Notes: generated from the letters alone by a model not told the origin. DNA of 64,000 bases from an uncultured archaeon (GCA_964347045.1 CAYFXC010000001.1:64001-128000), one strand, 5' to 3'. Positions 1-10,162 are shown, counted from the first letter of the stretch. Program-made: numbers and translations.

Positions 1-123
1 TACGAGCTTCCATATGAATCACCTATCAGATGTCTTTACGTATTTATCTTCAAAGTTCCTTATGATATCAACCATCGAACAGTCTCATAAAGGATAGGAA
101 CTAAATTAATTAGGCGAAATAGC

Positions 124-1665
124 GTGTCTACAATCGACCCCAATCTCCAAAAAGTAATTGCAAAATTAATTAAAGCAGGTTTTCAAATTAGCCCAGAAAC
201 CTTGGCTATGCTGCAATCGGAGAAGAACCCTAACTTTATTGTTGACCGCTTCTTAGCTTCAGCTAATGTTCACCCAACCGAAACACCCATTTTGGAACCT
301 TCACATTTTCAAACACCCAAACAAGAACAAATGAAATCAATTGAAGAAGCCAAAGATACCACCGAATCACCAATTCCACAATCAACTGGTCAAAAGAAGA
401 TAGCTGAAGATATCAAAGCCGACATTCAAATCATTAAGGATCCTTCTCCCGAATTACAAAGTAAAGGGACTATTGATGACTTCATAAAGAACTTTCAAGA
501 CCGTTACTTCAGACTTAGAAATATTATAGCACAACGAGTAGATGGCAGGGGAATTATCGATATTGAGTATGTTGCACAACCAAATGATTCCAAAGGTAAA
601 GAGAGAGCTGTTAAAATCATTGGGATAATTACTAACAAGACATTAACGAAAAGTGGTAATATAGCGTTAGAAGTAGAAGATCTCACAGGTCGTATCACAG
701 TAATTGTCCAACAACGAGATCCAAGTTTAATGAAAAAAGCAAGTATGATTATTCTCGATCAGGTTCTCATCATCGAAGGTAACCCAGTCAGCTCAGAAAT
801 GCTCATCGCAAAAGACCTATACTTACCGGATATTCCCACAAACCGCCGAAATAACCGGGCGAAAGAAGATATCAGTGTATTACTTCTCTCGGATATCCAT
901 TTTGGAAGCCAGCATTTCTTAGACAAAGTGTTTCAACGTGTGTTAGACTGGCTTCAAGGAAATGAAGGAGATGAAGAGCACGTTGACTTAGCAGGCTCGG
1001 TGAAATATATTGTGATAAATGGAGACCTAGTTGATGGTATTGGCGTGTATCCAAATCAATTAGCTGAAATTTCCATTTATGATCTTGATAGCCAGTATAA
1101 CGGGCTTAATAAACTTCTTCAAGAGATTCCCAAACATATTAACATCCTCATTACACCTGGAAATCATGATGCCGTTCGAGTCGCAATACCTCGCCCAGCA
1201 ATTGATGACCGTTTCTTGGCACCATTACGAGATTCAGGGTTATCAATAACATCATTGGGATGTCCCGCTCAGGTCACCTTGCATGGTGTAAATCTCATGA
1301 TTTACCATGGTGATAGCCTTCTTGATATTATGGGCGCCCTCTCAAAACCCGAAGTCGAGGCAAGTTATGCCGCAATGCGCGAGATGCTAAGAGGTCGACA
1401 TCTCGCCCCAATCTATGGCAAAAGTACTACAATAATCGCCGAACCTCGAGATTGGCTTGTTATCGACGAAGTACCAGATATTCTTCATTGTGGTCACATC
1501 CATGTGACAAGCGTGGGGAGCTATCGAAAAACCCTAATGATCAATTCCGGAACATTTCAAAGTCAAACCCAATATCAAAAATTAATTGGAATTGAACCAA
1601 CTCCTGGAATTGTTCCTTTGGTGAACCTGAAGACGTTAAACGTGAAGACTCTAAACTTCACTTAG
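124..1665 (+). CDS. polB: DNA polymerase D small (proofreading) subunit DP1
   Basis: OB-fold (EVEDLTGRI) plus calcineurin-like phosphoesterase motifs SDIHFGS, GDLVDGIGVYPNQ, PGNHD, YHG, HCGHIH, NSGTFQ; next to cdc6. Confidence 0.95.
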   Translation: MSTIDPNLQKVIAKLIKAGFQISPETLAMLQSEKNPNFIVDRFLASANVHPTETPILEPSHFQTPKQEQMKSIEEAKDTTESPIPQSTGQKKIAEDIKADIQIIKDPSPELQSKGTIDDFIKNFQDRYFRLRNIIAQRVDGRGIIDIEYVAQPNDSKGKERAVKIIGIITNKTLTKSGNIALEVEDLTGRITVIVQQRDPSLMKKASMIILDQVLIIEGNPVSSEMLIAKDLYLPDIPTNRRNNRAKEDISVLLLSDIHFGSQHFLDKVFQRVLDWLQGNEGDEEHVDLAGSVKYIVINGDLVDGIGVYPNQLAEISIYDLDSQYNGLNKLLQEIPKHINILITPGNHDAVRVAIPRPAIDDRFLAPLRDSGLSITSLGCPAQVTLHGVNLMIYHGDSLLDIMGALSKPEVEASYAAMREMLRGRHLAPIYGKSTTIIAEPRDWLVIDEVPDILHCGHIHVTSVGSYRKTLMINSGTFQSQTQYQKLIGIEPTPGIVPLVNLKTLNVKTLNFT

Positions 1666-2237
1666 GTTTGAACAAATTCCCACGAATCCTTTTGTAATGA
1701 TTGGAGAATACGAAGCGCTTCATCCTTCTCAAGTAGTAATAACAACTTTGCTACATGTTTACATAGTCTGTGAAGAACACTCACTCTTTGCCAATCAGGA
1801 CAATCATGAGAAATGTGTTTACGTTCTTCATCTAATTCGAGATTATATTTACGAGACCCATGAACTGTAGCCTGAATTTTTAATGGAGCACGAGAAATTC
1901 GTTTGAATTCAATTACTTTATCATCCATACCTACTGCTCGGGAAAGACGAGAAGAGCTCACAAAGAGTCGAAGCTGCTCTCCTAGATTCGAAGAAGTCGG
2001 ATGCATTGGTTCAGGTTCGAGAGCCACTTCCTGGGGTTGTAAAACCATTTCATCCGTTATTTCCAGTTTACCCTTTGCGTGAAGATCTTGAATAATCTTC
2101 ATTACCTGAGAAGGAGGAAGTTGTCGTAAATCAAAGGAGATAAAAAAAATCAATTGTTGCACCGGAAGCTTTGTTTTTCCTAAAGCCCTAAATGCATAAT
2201 TAATCAATTGAAGAGGAGTTCGTGGCACGGTAAACAT
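1662..2237 (-). CDS. Hypothetical protein with C-terminal SWIM-like Zn finger (DUF2240-like N-terminus)
   Basis: HDCPDW...LCKHV motif; directly downstream of cdc6 on the same strand. Confidence 0.6.
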   Translation of the reverse strand: MFTVPRTPLQLINYAFRALGKTKLPVQQLIFFISFDLRQLPPSQVMKIIQDLHAKGKLEITDEMVLQPQEVALEPEPMHPTSSNLGEQLRLFVSSSRLSRAVGMDDKVIEFKRISRAPLKIQATVHGSRKYNLELDEERKHISHDCPDWQRVSVLHRLCKHVAKLLLLLEKDEALRILQSLQKDSWEFVQT

Positions 2238-2260
2238 AGAATTGGCTCCTTCAGGAACTG

Positions 2261-3496
2261 TTATTTATTCAAGGTTTTGGGCACATAACTTGAAAGTGTC
2301 TTTATCCGACTATCGCGCTCTAACACATCTGCGACCATCGTCTTTGGCACGCTTAGTCGGATATTCTTTGTACGCCCATACCTTCCTTTACTGACTACTT
2401 TGGCATTAACAAGACCAATCGCATCTAAATCATTAATGAGATCACTCACTCGTCGTTGAGTAAGAGGATCCATGCCTAGTTGAGTGCAAAGGTCTCCATA
2501 AACGTCTTGGACTTCCCCGGTTACCGGATGAGGATGTTTATGCCGTTCTAACAGGTATACCGCATAGAGAACTAATTTTTGTTGAACAGGTAGAGTACGT
2601 AACACTTCGAGAACCGTATCACGTTCAATACTTAATCGCGCTTTTTCTACATGCTCCACCATAATCTCGTTACTGCCCTCACGTTCAGCGATCTCTACTG
2701 CAACTCGTAAAAGATCAAGGGCACGCCGCGCATCGCCTTCTTCTCTTGCTGCTAGTGCTGCGCAAAGGTTAATCACTCCTGGCTCTTCTAAAATACCTTC
2801 TTTTAAACCCATTGAGCTTCGACGACGCAAGATATCCTGCAGTTGCAAAGCTGTATATGGATGAAATATCACCTTTTCTTCACTCAAACTACTTAGCACT
2901 CGAGGATCAAGATACTCAGGGAACCGCAGATCGTTGGAGATACCAATCAAACTTACACTCGCCTTAGATAGTTCATAATTTATACGGGTAAGTTTGTAGA
3001 GCGTATCGTCACCACTTTTTAGAACAAGTCTGTCGATTTCATCCAATACAATAATCGTTAACAAGTCTTGGCTTTCTAATAATTCGATGAGTCTAGAATG
3101 TACTTCGTCTGTTGGAAGGCCTGTAAAAGGTACTTTTTGTCCTAACTCTGCACAAATTCGAGCGAGTACTCGATAATCGGTGTCGACATTGCGACAATTC
3201 AGATAAACTGCTTTGAAGGGTAACTGGAGTTCTCCAAATTTTGTTGCTAGTTCTCGTAGTACATATCGAGTCACAGCTGTTTTTCCTGTTCCAGGTTTTC
3301 CATATACAAATACGTTGGATGGTCGGCTCCCTTTCAACCCTGTAGCTAATATGCTTCCAATTTGAGTAATTTGATCATCCCGGTGAGGCAAAACATCAGG
3401 CACATAAGAATGCCAGAGCACTTTTCGATCCTCAATGAGTGTCGGACCTGCACTGAGTCGATCGAAGATTCTATCAAGTGGTCGGGGGTCGTCCAT
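2261..3496 (-). CDS. cdc6: Orc1/Cdc6 replication initiator (origin-associated copy)
   Basis: YVPDVLPHR, Walker A GKPGTGKT, Walker B IVLDEID, GDARRALDLLR, C-terminal wHTH with SKGRYGRT; ORB elements upstream. Confidence 0.97.
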   Translation of the reverse strand: MDDPRPLDRIFDRLSAGPTLIEDRKVLWHSYVPDVLPHRDDQITQIGSILATGLKGSRPSNVFVYGKPGTGKTAVTRYVLRELATKFGELQLPFKAVYLNCRNVDTDYRVLARICAELGQKVPFTGLPTDEVHSRLIELLESQDLLTIIVLDEIDRLVLKSGDDTLYKLTRINYELSKASVSLIGISNDLRFPEYLDPRVLSSLSEEKVIFHPYTALQLQDILRRRSSMGLKEGILEEPGVINLCAALAAREEGDARRALDLLRVAVEIAEREGSNEIMVEHVEKARLSIERDTVLEVLRTLPVQQKLVLYAVYLLERHKHPHPVTGEVQDVYGDLCTQLGMDPLTQRRVSDLINDLDAIGLVNAKVVSKGRYGRTKNIRLSVPKTMVADVLERDSRIKTLSSYVPKTLNK

Positions 3497-3736
3497 ATCA
3501 ATTGATCCTCCAAAGTCCCAAAGGAAATACTAGCGTTTCTTTTGGAAGTGTCTCTTTCTTCCATATTAGAGTTTCGCCAATATTAGTACTGTTCAAAGGT
3601 CTTTTTTAACTATTAACCATTAATTTGTTCACATTTGGCGCGTAAATTGATAACACTTTGAATTGAAAATAACCTAATTTTGCTTTTTTTAAAGAAATCC
3701 CCAATAATATTACTACATTATATGTTAACAAAGACT

Positions 3737-3758
3737 CCCCCCTTCATTTCCACTGGAG
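3737..3758 (-). promoter_or_regulatory. Origin recognition box (ORB)
   Basis: Minus strand CTCCAGTGGAAATGAAGGGGGG matches archaeal ORB consensus with G-string. Confidence 0.9.
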
Positions 3759-4062
3759 AATGATTCTAAAGGCTTATTCATGTGGAAATATTAGTTAACA
3801 TGTTAACAACACGTGAACCATCTAAAATCATGGAAAAAACCCTTGAAAGTTGAAATACAGCACGGAGAACCCTTATTTTTTGTTAATTCTTTAATAGAAC
3901 CATTATACGTACCAGACTCTAATAGATGAACATCAGAGCGCATTTTCATCTTCACATGAAATTCAACACTGATCAGTTCACACCGTCACACTTTTATTAT
4001 TGTGAACACGCCAGACTAGTTGGGACATGGAGAGCTAAGTAGATAACAGTGGGCATGGAGCA

Positions 4063-4518
4063 ATGAAGAAACGGAAACAAAAAATCACCATCGAAGGGCT
4101 GACAATCGAAGGCAAATCTTGTGACATTACCATTACGTTCAATGAAGGTCTCCCCTCTTCAATAACCGAATCCATTGCAACCGCATTACAAGCAACAGAC
4201 GAACAGACAAAAGCAGTTGAAGGCCTTCCCGAAACCGCTGAAATACCAGACTATGAATCTTGGACAGTCCGGCAGAAAGTTCGTTACATCGTTCTTCGCA
4301 ATTGTCGTCACGGCTGGTTCACCTCAAGAGATATTCAGGAACTTTATGAGCGCACCTTTCACCCACCCATACCCTTGGCCACTGCCTCAACCTACCTTGC
4401 ACGCATGCACAAGGAAGGCAGTTTGACAAGAAGAGGATCTGCTGCTCAACGTGAATATCGTGTCAACATTGAAGATCTTACTGATGAGATTGCTGCAATT
4501 CTAGCAAATAAGACATAG
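4063..4518 (+). CDS. Origin-embedded winged-helix protein
   Basis: C-terminal wHTH-like segment WFTSRDIQELY...LATASTYLARM...LTRRGS..REY; lies between ORBs. Confidence 0.75.
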   Translation: MKKRKQKITIEGLTIEGKSCDITITFNEGLPSSITESIATALQATDEQTKAVEGLPETAEIPDYESWTVRQKVRYIVLRNCRHGWFTSRDIQELYERTFHPPIPLATASTYLARMHKEGSLTRRGSAAQREYRVNIEDLTDEIAAILANKT

Positions 4519-4646
4519 TGACCAAAATTTTTGATCTACGATTTTTAATTCATAAAAATTTAGCACTATAGTAATAAACTTTTTACACTAATGTGAATTT
4601 AAAAAAAGAATTAACCTAATAGTGGTTTGATCAGATGCTGGTTACT

Positions 4647-4667
4647 CCCCTTCGTTTCCACTGGAAC
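4647..4667 (-). promoter_or_regulatory. Origin recognition box (ORB)
   Basis: Minus strand GTTCCAGTGGAAACGAAGGGG. Confidence 0.92.
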
Positions 4668-4849
4668 TCGAAGAACAAGAAAAGTTGGTGGTTGTTTTTT
4701 TAAGTTCGAAGAATCTTCCCCAGTTGTTTTCACACTATCTTCTATAAATAGTTTACAGTCTCTCAATAGCGTATTTTAGTGTTCTAGATAATGGTTTTGC
4801 GCATTTTACGTTAAGCTGAAAGGGTAACAAAATAGTCAATAAATAAGAA

Positions 4850-4870
4850 GTTCCAGTGGAAATAAAGGGG
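4850..4870 (+). promoter_or_regulatory. Origin recognition box (ORB)
   Basis: GTTCCAGTGGAAATAAAGGGG, inverted relative to 4647-4667. Confidence 0.92.
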
Positions 4871-4882
4871 CTTATCTAATTA

Positions 4883-5179
4883 CTAAGCTACTAGCTGATA
4901 GTAAACAGATGGTCGTCCTCGACGGCCATTTCTTTCTACATACTTCTCTACTACTCCAGCGATCAGGAGATTCATCAAGGTATCATATACGGTTGTCCTG
5001 GGTATGCCGGTTTTAATAGTGATATCTCCACGGGTGAGAGCGCCTTCATCGCGTAAAAGACCGGTTATATGGTTTTTGACGTCTACATGTTCTGTAGGTC
5101 GCACTTGTGATGTACGAGCACGCATTTTGGTCTTCTGTGAACCACGTGATGTTTGTTGAGAAGTTCGGGTAGTAGCCAT
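4883..5179 (-). CDS. Small TrmB-like winged-helix DNA-binding protein
   Basis: LTRGDITIKTGIPRTTVYDTLMNL...RRGRPSVYY; basic N-terminal tail. Confidence 0.75.
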   Translation of the reverse strand: MATTRTSQQTSRGSQKTKMRARTSQVRPTEHVDVKNHITGLLRDEGALTRGDITIKTGIPRTTVYDTLMNLLIAGVVEKYVERNGRRGRPSVYYQLVA

Positions 5180-5234
5180 AAAACCACAACTCTACGTCTA
5201 GATAAATATCGGGTATTTATATTAGTTGTGGATG

Positions 5235-5248
5235 ATTTCCACTGGAAC
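5235..5248 (-). promoter_or_regulatory. Mini-ORB (no G-string)
   Basis: Minus strand GTTCCAGTGGAAAT, identical to the core of the 4850 ORB. Confidence 0.8.
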
Positions 5249-5250
5249 TT

Positions 5251-5277
5251 ATTGAATTCAATGAAATAAATGAGTTC
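5251..5277 (+). repeat. 9-bp repeat cluster 1 (3 units)
   Basis: ATTGAATTC AATGAAATA AATGAGTTC. Confidence 0.7.
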
Positions 5278-5317
5278 ATTTTTTACTAAAATAAGAATCA
5301 TTTCGTTAATGAAGGCA

Positions 5318-7642
5318 TTATTGAATCTTGGATCGCGCAACCAGAGATTGACCAGCAGAGGTCCCTGCATCACCAGGAGGAATATTCCGGTGCATGAGAA
5401 ATTCTAATCCCTCCTTTTCAATTGCTAGACGAATGGTACGTGTAAGTATCTTATTATACCCTACTCCACCGGAAAATCCAATTTTAGTTATGCCATGCGA
5501 TTTTGCCGCGCCAATAGCCATAGTTGCTAGAGCTTGACCTAGACTATGATGTGCTGCTAATGCTAGATCGGGACCAGGGAATTTTGTTCTATTTTGTAAG
5601 ACTTGGTCTAACAATGCTCTTGTTATTAGTACCTGTGATTTTCCTTGTTGTTCAATCGGTATTTGTAGGCGAAGATTTGGTTGACGGGTACCCTTGTTTG
5701 CATATGATTCAAAGTGGATAGCGGGTTCTCCCTCATAGGTTCGTAGATAGGAAACTTGTAGAAGAGCTGCGAGTGAATCCAGGACTCGACCAGTGCTGGA
5801 AGTTAATGGGGTATTTATATCTTGAAAAATCTGCGTGAGTGCAATTGTAAGCTCGGTTGGTCCTTGGGGTAGTGCTGTCTTTGATTCCTTTTGAAAGAGT
5901 TTATTCAATTCTTCTTGAGAGTAATTCTTTGATAGTATACCCAGCAACATTCTGAAAGGGTATTTAGCGGCCAGATCTCCGCCAGGCATAGGATGTGGTT
6001 CCAGAAATGCTGATCGAATGTATTGACTAGCATTTCCGGTAAGAATCTCTCCACCCCAAATGGTATTATCAGGACCGTAACCAGCACCATCACAACAAAT
6101 GGCTACTATCTCTTCGTTGAGTGGAAGCTTGAAATCCGCAAGAAGGGTCGCGAGGTGTGCATGATGATGCTGTACTTGAATAAGTGGAATTTCGTGCTCC
6201 TTCGACAAATCAGCACCATACTTAGTAGTGAGAAAATCAGGGTGTAAATCACAGGCCACGGCATCAAAGGCAGAAACACGTAGTAATTGTTGTAGGTGGG
6301 CCAGACTTTCTTGGAGATAACTTAACGACTCAACGGTATCAATATCTCCAATGTGTTGCGTGAGGTAAATGCGTCTATTATGGTAAATCGCACCAGTGTT
6401 TTTCTCTAAGGCACCAAGGGATAGGATCGGTGGACCTCCCTCCGCGGTATCTATGGGTTCAGGTGTGTATCCTCTAGAACGACGGATAATCAATCCTTGG
6501 TCGAATATGGGAATTACAACGGAATCATCACATCGTTGATAGATTGTTCGATCATGAGTAAGAAAGTAGTCTGCCATCTTCATGAAACGTTCTTGAAAGG
6601 TTGAAGCGTGGATGATAGTGGGTAATCCAGAAGGATTAGCGCTAGTCATAACCAAGGCAAGATCATGGAGGTCTTCAAATAAACGAAGGTAAATGCCTGA
6701 ATAGGGAAGCAAAACGCCAATCGTATCAAGACCTGGAGCAAGACTGGGAGCCAAAGGAAATGGGTTGAGCTGGTTTAAAACTAAAATTGGACGCCGCCAT
6801 GATAACAATAGTTGTTCTGCTGTAGCATCCACAAATGCATATTCTCGTACCTTATCAAGATCTTTGGACATGATAGCCAATGGTTTATGTGGTTTTTTTC
6901 GTAATTCACGTAACCGTTGGATTTGTGAATCAAGAGTTGCTCGAACAGCAAGATGAATACCTCCTAAACCCTTGATTGCCACGATTGCCCCCTCATTCAA
7001 CAGTTTTACAACTTCGACAAAAGGATCAGCTACCTCAATTAGAGAGCCATCTTTACCGAGTAGCTTAAACTGCGGACCACAGCGGGGGCAGCAGATGGTT
7101 TGAGCATTATAACGGCGATTAATTGGATTGTAGTATTCAGAATCACAATCTTCGCAAAGGGGAAAGTCGACCATTGTGGTTCGTTCACGATCATATGGAG
7201 TGTCTGAAACCGTTGTATAGCGGGGACCACAAATAGCACAACAAGTCATTGGATATTGATAATGACGGGATTGAGGGTTATTCATATCATCAATACAATC
7301 GGTACACACAGAGATATCAGCAGGAATTACAGACCCACCCGCTTTTTGTTCATTCTTAGAAATGCGAATCTGAAAATCCGTAAATTCTTCTGTTGGGGGT
7401 CGCCAAAGCGTTTGGATACTGTCAATCACAGCTAGGTACGGCTTATCAATTTCAATGGATTCAATAAATTCAATAATTTTCTTTTTTTCCCCTTCAACAA
7501 CAATTTGAACAGCCGAATTCCCAGTGTTCAAAACATATCCAAGCAAACCACGTTTCATAGCTTGGGCATAAATAAATGGACGAAACCCAATTCCTTGCAC
7601 GACACCGACAACTCGAATTTCAGCTTGTTGGATATTCGTCAC
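5318..7642 (-). CDS. hypF: Hydrogenase maturation carbamoyltransferase HypF
   Basis: Acylphosphatase domain GVVQGIGFRPF, two Zn fingers, KGLGGIHL, HHHAH, DGAGYG, PPGDAG; start moved to GTG 7642 behind GGAG because the longer ORF overlaps the next gene. Confidence 0.95.
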   Translation of the reverse strand: MTNIQQAEIRVVGVVQGIGFRPFIYAQAMKRGLLGYVLNTGNSAVQIVVEGEKKKIIEFIESIEIDKPYLAVIDSIQTLWRPPTEEFTDFQIRISKNEQKAGGSVIPADISVCTDCIDDMNNPQSRHYQYPMTCCAICGPRYTTVSDTPYDRERTTMVDFPLCEDCDSEYYNPINRRYNAQTICCPRCGPQFKLLGKDGSLIEVADPFVEVVKLLNEGAIVAIKGLGGIHLAVRATLDSQIQRLRELRKKPHKPLAIMSKDLDKVREYAFVDATAEQLLLSWRRPILVLNQLNPFPLAPSLAPGLDTIGVLLPYSGIYLRLFEDLHDLALVMTSANPSGLPTIIHASTFQERFMKMADYFLTHDRTIYQRCDDSVVIPIFDQGLIIRRSRGYTPEPIDTAEGGPPILSLGALEKNTGAIYHNRRIYLTQHIGDIDTVESLSYLQESLAHLQQLLRVSAFDAVACDLHPDFLTTKYGADLSKEHEIPLIQVQHHHAHLATLLADFKLPLNEEIVAICCDGAGYGPDNTIWGGEILTGNASQYIRSAFLEPHPMPGGDLAAKYPFRMLLGILSKNYSQEELNKLFQKESKTALPQGPTELTIALTQIFQDINTPLTSSTGRVLDSLAALLQVSYLRTYEGEPAIHFESYANKGTRQPNLRLQIPIEQQGKSQVLITRALLDQVLQNRTKFPGPDLALAAHHSLGQALATMAIGAAKSHGITKIGFSGGVGYNKILTRTIRLAIEKEGLEFLMHRNIPPGDAGTSAGQSLVARSKIQ

Positions 7643-7722
7643 GGTGTCATCTCCTTGCTTCATCGATTTTCGCAGAGTATTAATTCTTTTGGAGTTATTA
7701 TCTAATAGTAAATGGTATCGGT

Positions 7723-8328
7723 GTGTGTTTTTCTGTGAGTGAATTTCGTGTACCAACACCAAAGGAACTACAGGACCTACGAAAGAAGGTTGGACTTACT
7801 CAGGCTGAACTAGCGGAGCAAGTGGGTATCAGTCAATCACTTGTTGCGCGTATTGAAAAAGGCCAGGTTAATCCAAGTGTAGCTACACTCAAACGCATCC
7901 TTAGCGTTATAGAGAAGCAAACAAAAATTCATTCAAATCTTCGAGATCTAATGAAGTGGAAAACGCAATCTTCCAAGCTCAATCCGTTAATCTGGGTTAG
8001 CCCTGAAGATAAAGTAAGACGTGCAGTAATCCTCATGAGACGTCATGGAATTTCACAGCTTCCAGTGCTTAAAGGAAATAACTCGATTGGTTCTATAAGT
8101 GAAGGTACAATAATCAGGCAACTTATGACTATGGAGTCGCAGAAGGTATTTTCGCTTTCTGTCAGAGAAATCATGGAAGACCCATTTCCAACAATTGACA
8201 TACGGGAAAATGTGGATAAAGCTCTCTCAGAAATCGCTTCCGGGATTGAAGCAATCTTAGTATTCGATGAAGACAGACCCGTTGGGATAATCACAAAAAT
8301 TGACATAATTGCTTTTACAAAAATTTGA
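7723..8328 (+). CDS. XRE-family HTH + CBS-domain transcriptional regulator
   Basis: LRKKVGLTQAELAEQVGISQSLVARIEKG plus CBS pair (GISQLPV, GIITKIDI). Confidence 0.9.
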   Translation: MCFSVSEFRVPTPKELQDLRKKVGLTQAELAEQVGISQSLVARIEKGQVNPSVATLKRILSVIEKQTKIHSNLRDLMKWKTQSSKLNPLIWVSPEDKVRRAVILMRRHGISQLPVLKGNNSIGSISEGTIIRQLMTMESQKVFSLSVREIMEDPFPTIDIRENVDKALSEIASGIEAILVFDEDRPVGIITKIDIIAFTKI

Positions 8329-8337
8329 AACTTAGAC

Positions 8338-8364
8338 TAACTCAATAATTTCATTAAATTCATT
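8338..8364 (-). repeat. 9-bp repeat cluster 2 (3 units)
   Basis: Minus strand AATGAATTT AATGAAATT ATTGAGTTA, upstream of the AAA+ ATPase. Confidence 0.75.
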
Positions 8365-8438
8365 ATTCTAATTTAGTTTTTTATCTCCAATACAATCAAT
8401 AATTTTTTAACAGAGAAAACCCCTCTCAGAGGTTAGTC

Positions 8439-9758
8439 TTGGATGTGTTGGATCTGAGTGAACTTGATCGATTAGTCGAGAGAACACAAAAATTTGATGA
8501 ACAGATGCTATCGAAATGGGGCTTCAAAAATGAACGCATCGAACTCTTTGGAATAGATTCAGCGGAATTGTACGTAGTTCCGGAAGAAGAAGCCCTTGCA
8601 ATTAAACGAGCTGTCAATTACCTTCGAAATCAAACTGCGAGCGTAGTTGTTTCAGGTCCACTGGGTGCTGGAAAGACTACATTCTTAGAGATGATTCAAC
8701 AGTCACTCAATCGACTACCCAATGTACGCGCAATCCGCCTTGAAGGAGTTAGTTCTGCAGACGCACTTATTGATGATCTTGTCCATGCTAATCTTGGAGA
8801 ACAGACTGTTCGTAGCTTCTTGATTGAAAAAGTCGGTGTTAGAGTAGTTAGAAGCGGTTCAATAGCTAAACGGTTATCTCGTTTACTGTTGGCTCTTAGA
8901 ACAGACGCAGAAGAGAATGGAACCTCGTATGTTTTATTGATTGACGAATTTCGTCAACTGGAACGACAACGACCTGATAATCGTGTACGAATAGTTGATA
9001 CACTATTACGAATGGTGAATGACAAAACGAGGGATGGACGCCGTTATCTTGTTCTAGCATTAGCAGTGATCACCAGAGTTGGAGAAAGTGCAGTCAGAAC
9101 CATCGAACTCCTTTCATCTGTGGGAGAAACCTTGGGGCATGGAAGTAAGTCAGCAATTCGACGAAGATTTGTTGAGATTTATGATATGCGTAGGATGAAA
9201 AAAACTAGTGCAATGAAAGTAATGCTTTGGAGACTGGCCCATCTAAAGGGAGCTATGGATCAAATTAACAAAGAACCTGAAAAGAGTGTTGATATGAATT
9301 CATCAGAGATTAGAGATTTACTAAACCCATTCACTGCCGATGCGCTAGAAGCCATTTACAATTATTCAGGAGGAAATCCTGGAATTATGCTTGAACTAGT
9401 CTTAAGATGTCTTCAGGATGCAATTCGCGGTGCTGAAGTGTTAATCAATGATGGCTATTCAATGGAACAAGTATTAACAGTGTATCATATCGACTCAGAA
9501 TATGTTCAGCAGTTTGTTCAAAAAGAGGTAACTCGAGCACGAGCAGAATTTTCTAACTTCCAAACTAATCTCTTAGGCTTTTTATCTGTACCCCGGTCTC
9601 TTGATGAAATTGAAACATGGCTGCAGAGCCAGGAACGTTCATGGGAAAGCGTGTTGGAAGATTTCGACTTATTTGAAAAACAAGGACTCATTTACAGCCC
9701 TGAAGCAGGGCAGATACAAGCCACTGAACTATGGACAAAAGGATCCACATTTGTTTAG
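8439..9758 (+). CDS. AAA+ ATPase (ExeA/initiator-like) with probable C-terminal wHTH
   Basis: Walker A GPLGAGKTT, Walker B VLLIDEF, SAIRRRF (Arg finger), FTADALEAIYNYSGGNP lid. Confidence 0.8.
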   Translation: MDVLDLSELDRLVERTQKFDEQMLSKWGFKNERIELFGIDSAELYVVPEEEALAIKRAVNYLRNQTASVVVSGPLGAGKTTFLEMIQQSLNRLPNVRAIRLEGVSSADALIDDLVHANLGEQTVRSFLIEKVGVRVVRSGSIAKRLSRLLLALRTDAEENGTSYVLLIDEFRQLERQRPDNRVRIVDTLLRMVNDKTRDGRRYLVLALAVITRVGESAVRTIELLSSVGETLGHGSKSAIRRRFVEIYDMRRMKKTSAMKVMLWRLAHLKGAMDQINKEPEKSVDMNSSEIRDLLNPFTADALEAIYNYSGGNPGIMLELVLRCLQDAIRGAEVLINDGYSMEQVLTVYHIDSEYVQQFVQKEVTRARAEFSNFQTNLLGFLSVPRSLDEIETWLQSQERSWESVLEDFDLFEKQGLIYSPEAGQIQATELWTKGSTFV

Positions 9759-9770
9759 GGTGAGAACTAA

Positions 9771-10139
9771 ATGTCAGCAACTGATCTTATCAGGGAACGA
9801 ATGAAAAAGGAAAAAGATCAAAAACCGAAAACTCAGGAGAAAAAGCAATCAGCTGAAACTCGGGAAATCGAATTAGAAGAACTGTCAACAAGAGTTGGAG
9901 ACTCCGGATTGAAGCGGCTGCGAATCGAAAGCGAATACGAAGGACGCCGAACAATAAGTGCAAGTGTACCTGCTTGGATTAAAGCAGCTTTAGATTTCGT
10001 AGCATTGGCTGCGACGAAGGCAGGTCATGGCCAATATGGCGGTTTTGGTGGAAAATCACGATTTATTGCTGAGGCACTTGGAGAGAAACTAAAATCAGAT
10101 TTTCCTGAGGTTTATAAGAAACTTCAACGTGAAAGCTAG
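9771..10139 (+). CDS. Ribbon-helix-helix protein with charged N-terminal tail
   Basis: RRTISASVP (strand) AWIKAALDFVA (helix A) GKSRFIAEAL (helix B); 12 bp after the ATPase stop. Confidence 0.65.
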   Translation: MSATDLIRERMKKEKDQKPKTQEKKQSAETREIELEELSTRVGDSGLKRLRIESEYEGRRTISASVPAWIKAALDFVALAATKAGHGQYGGFGGKSRFIAEALGEKLKSDFPEVYKKLQRES

Positions 10140-10162
10140 ACAGCTCAACCTAGTGAAATAAT

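Larger units (their letters stand above)
3500..5250. other. Replication origin (oriC) region
   Basis: Upstream of cdc6; four ORB-type elements and AT-rich intergenic stretches (about 3590-3730, 4520-4640, 4670-4850); boundaries approximate. Confidence 0.85.
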
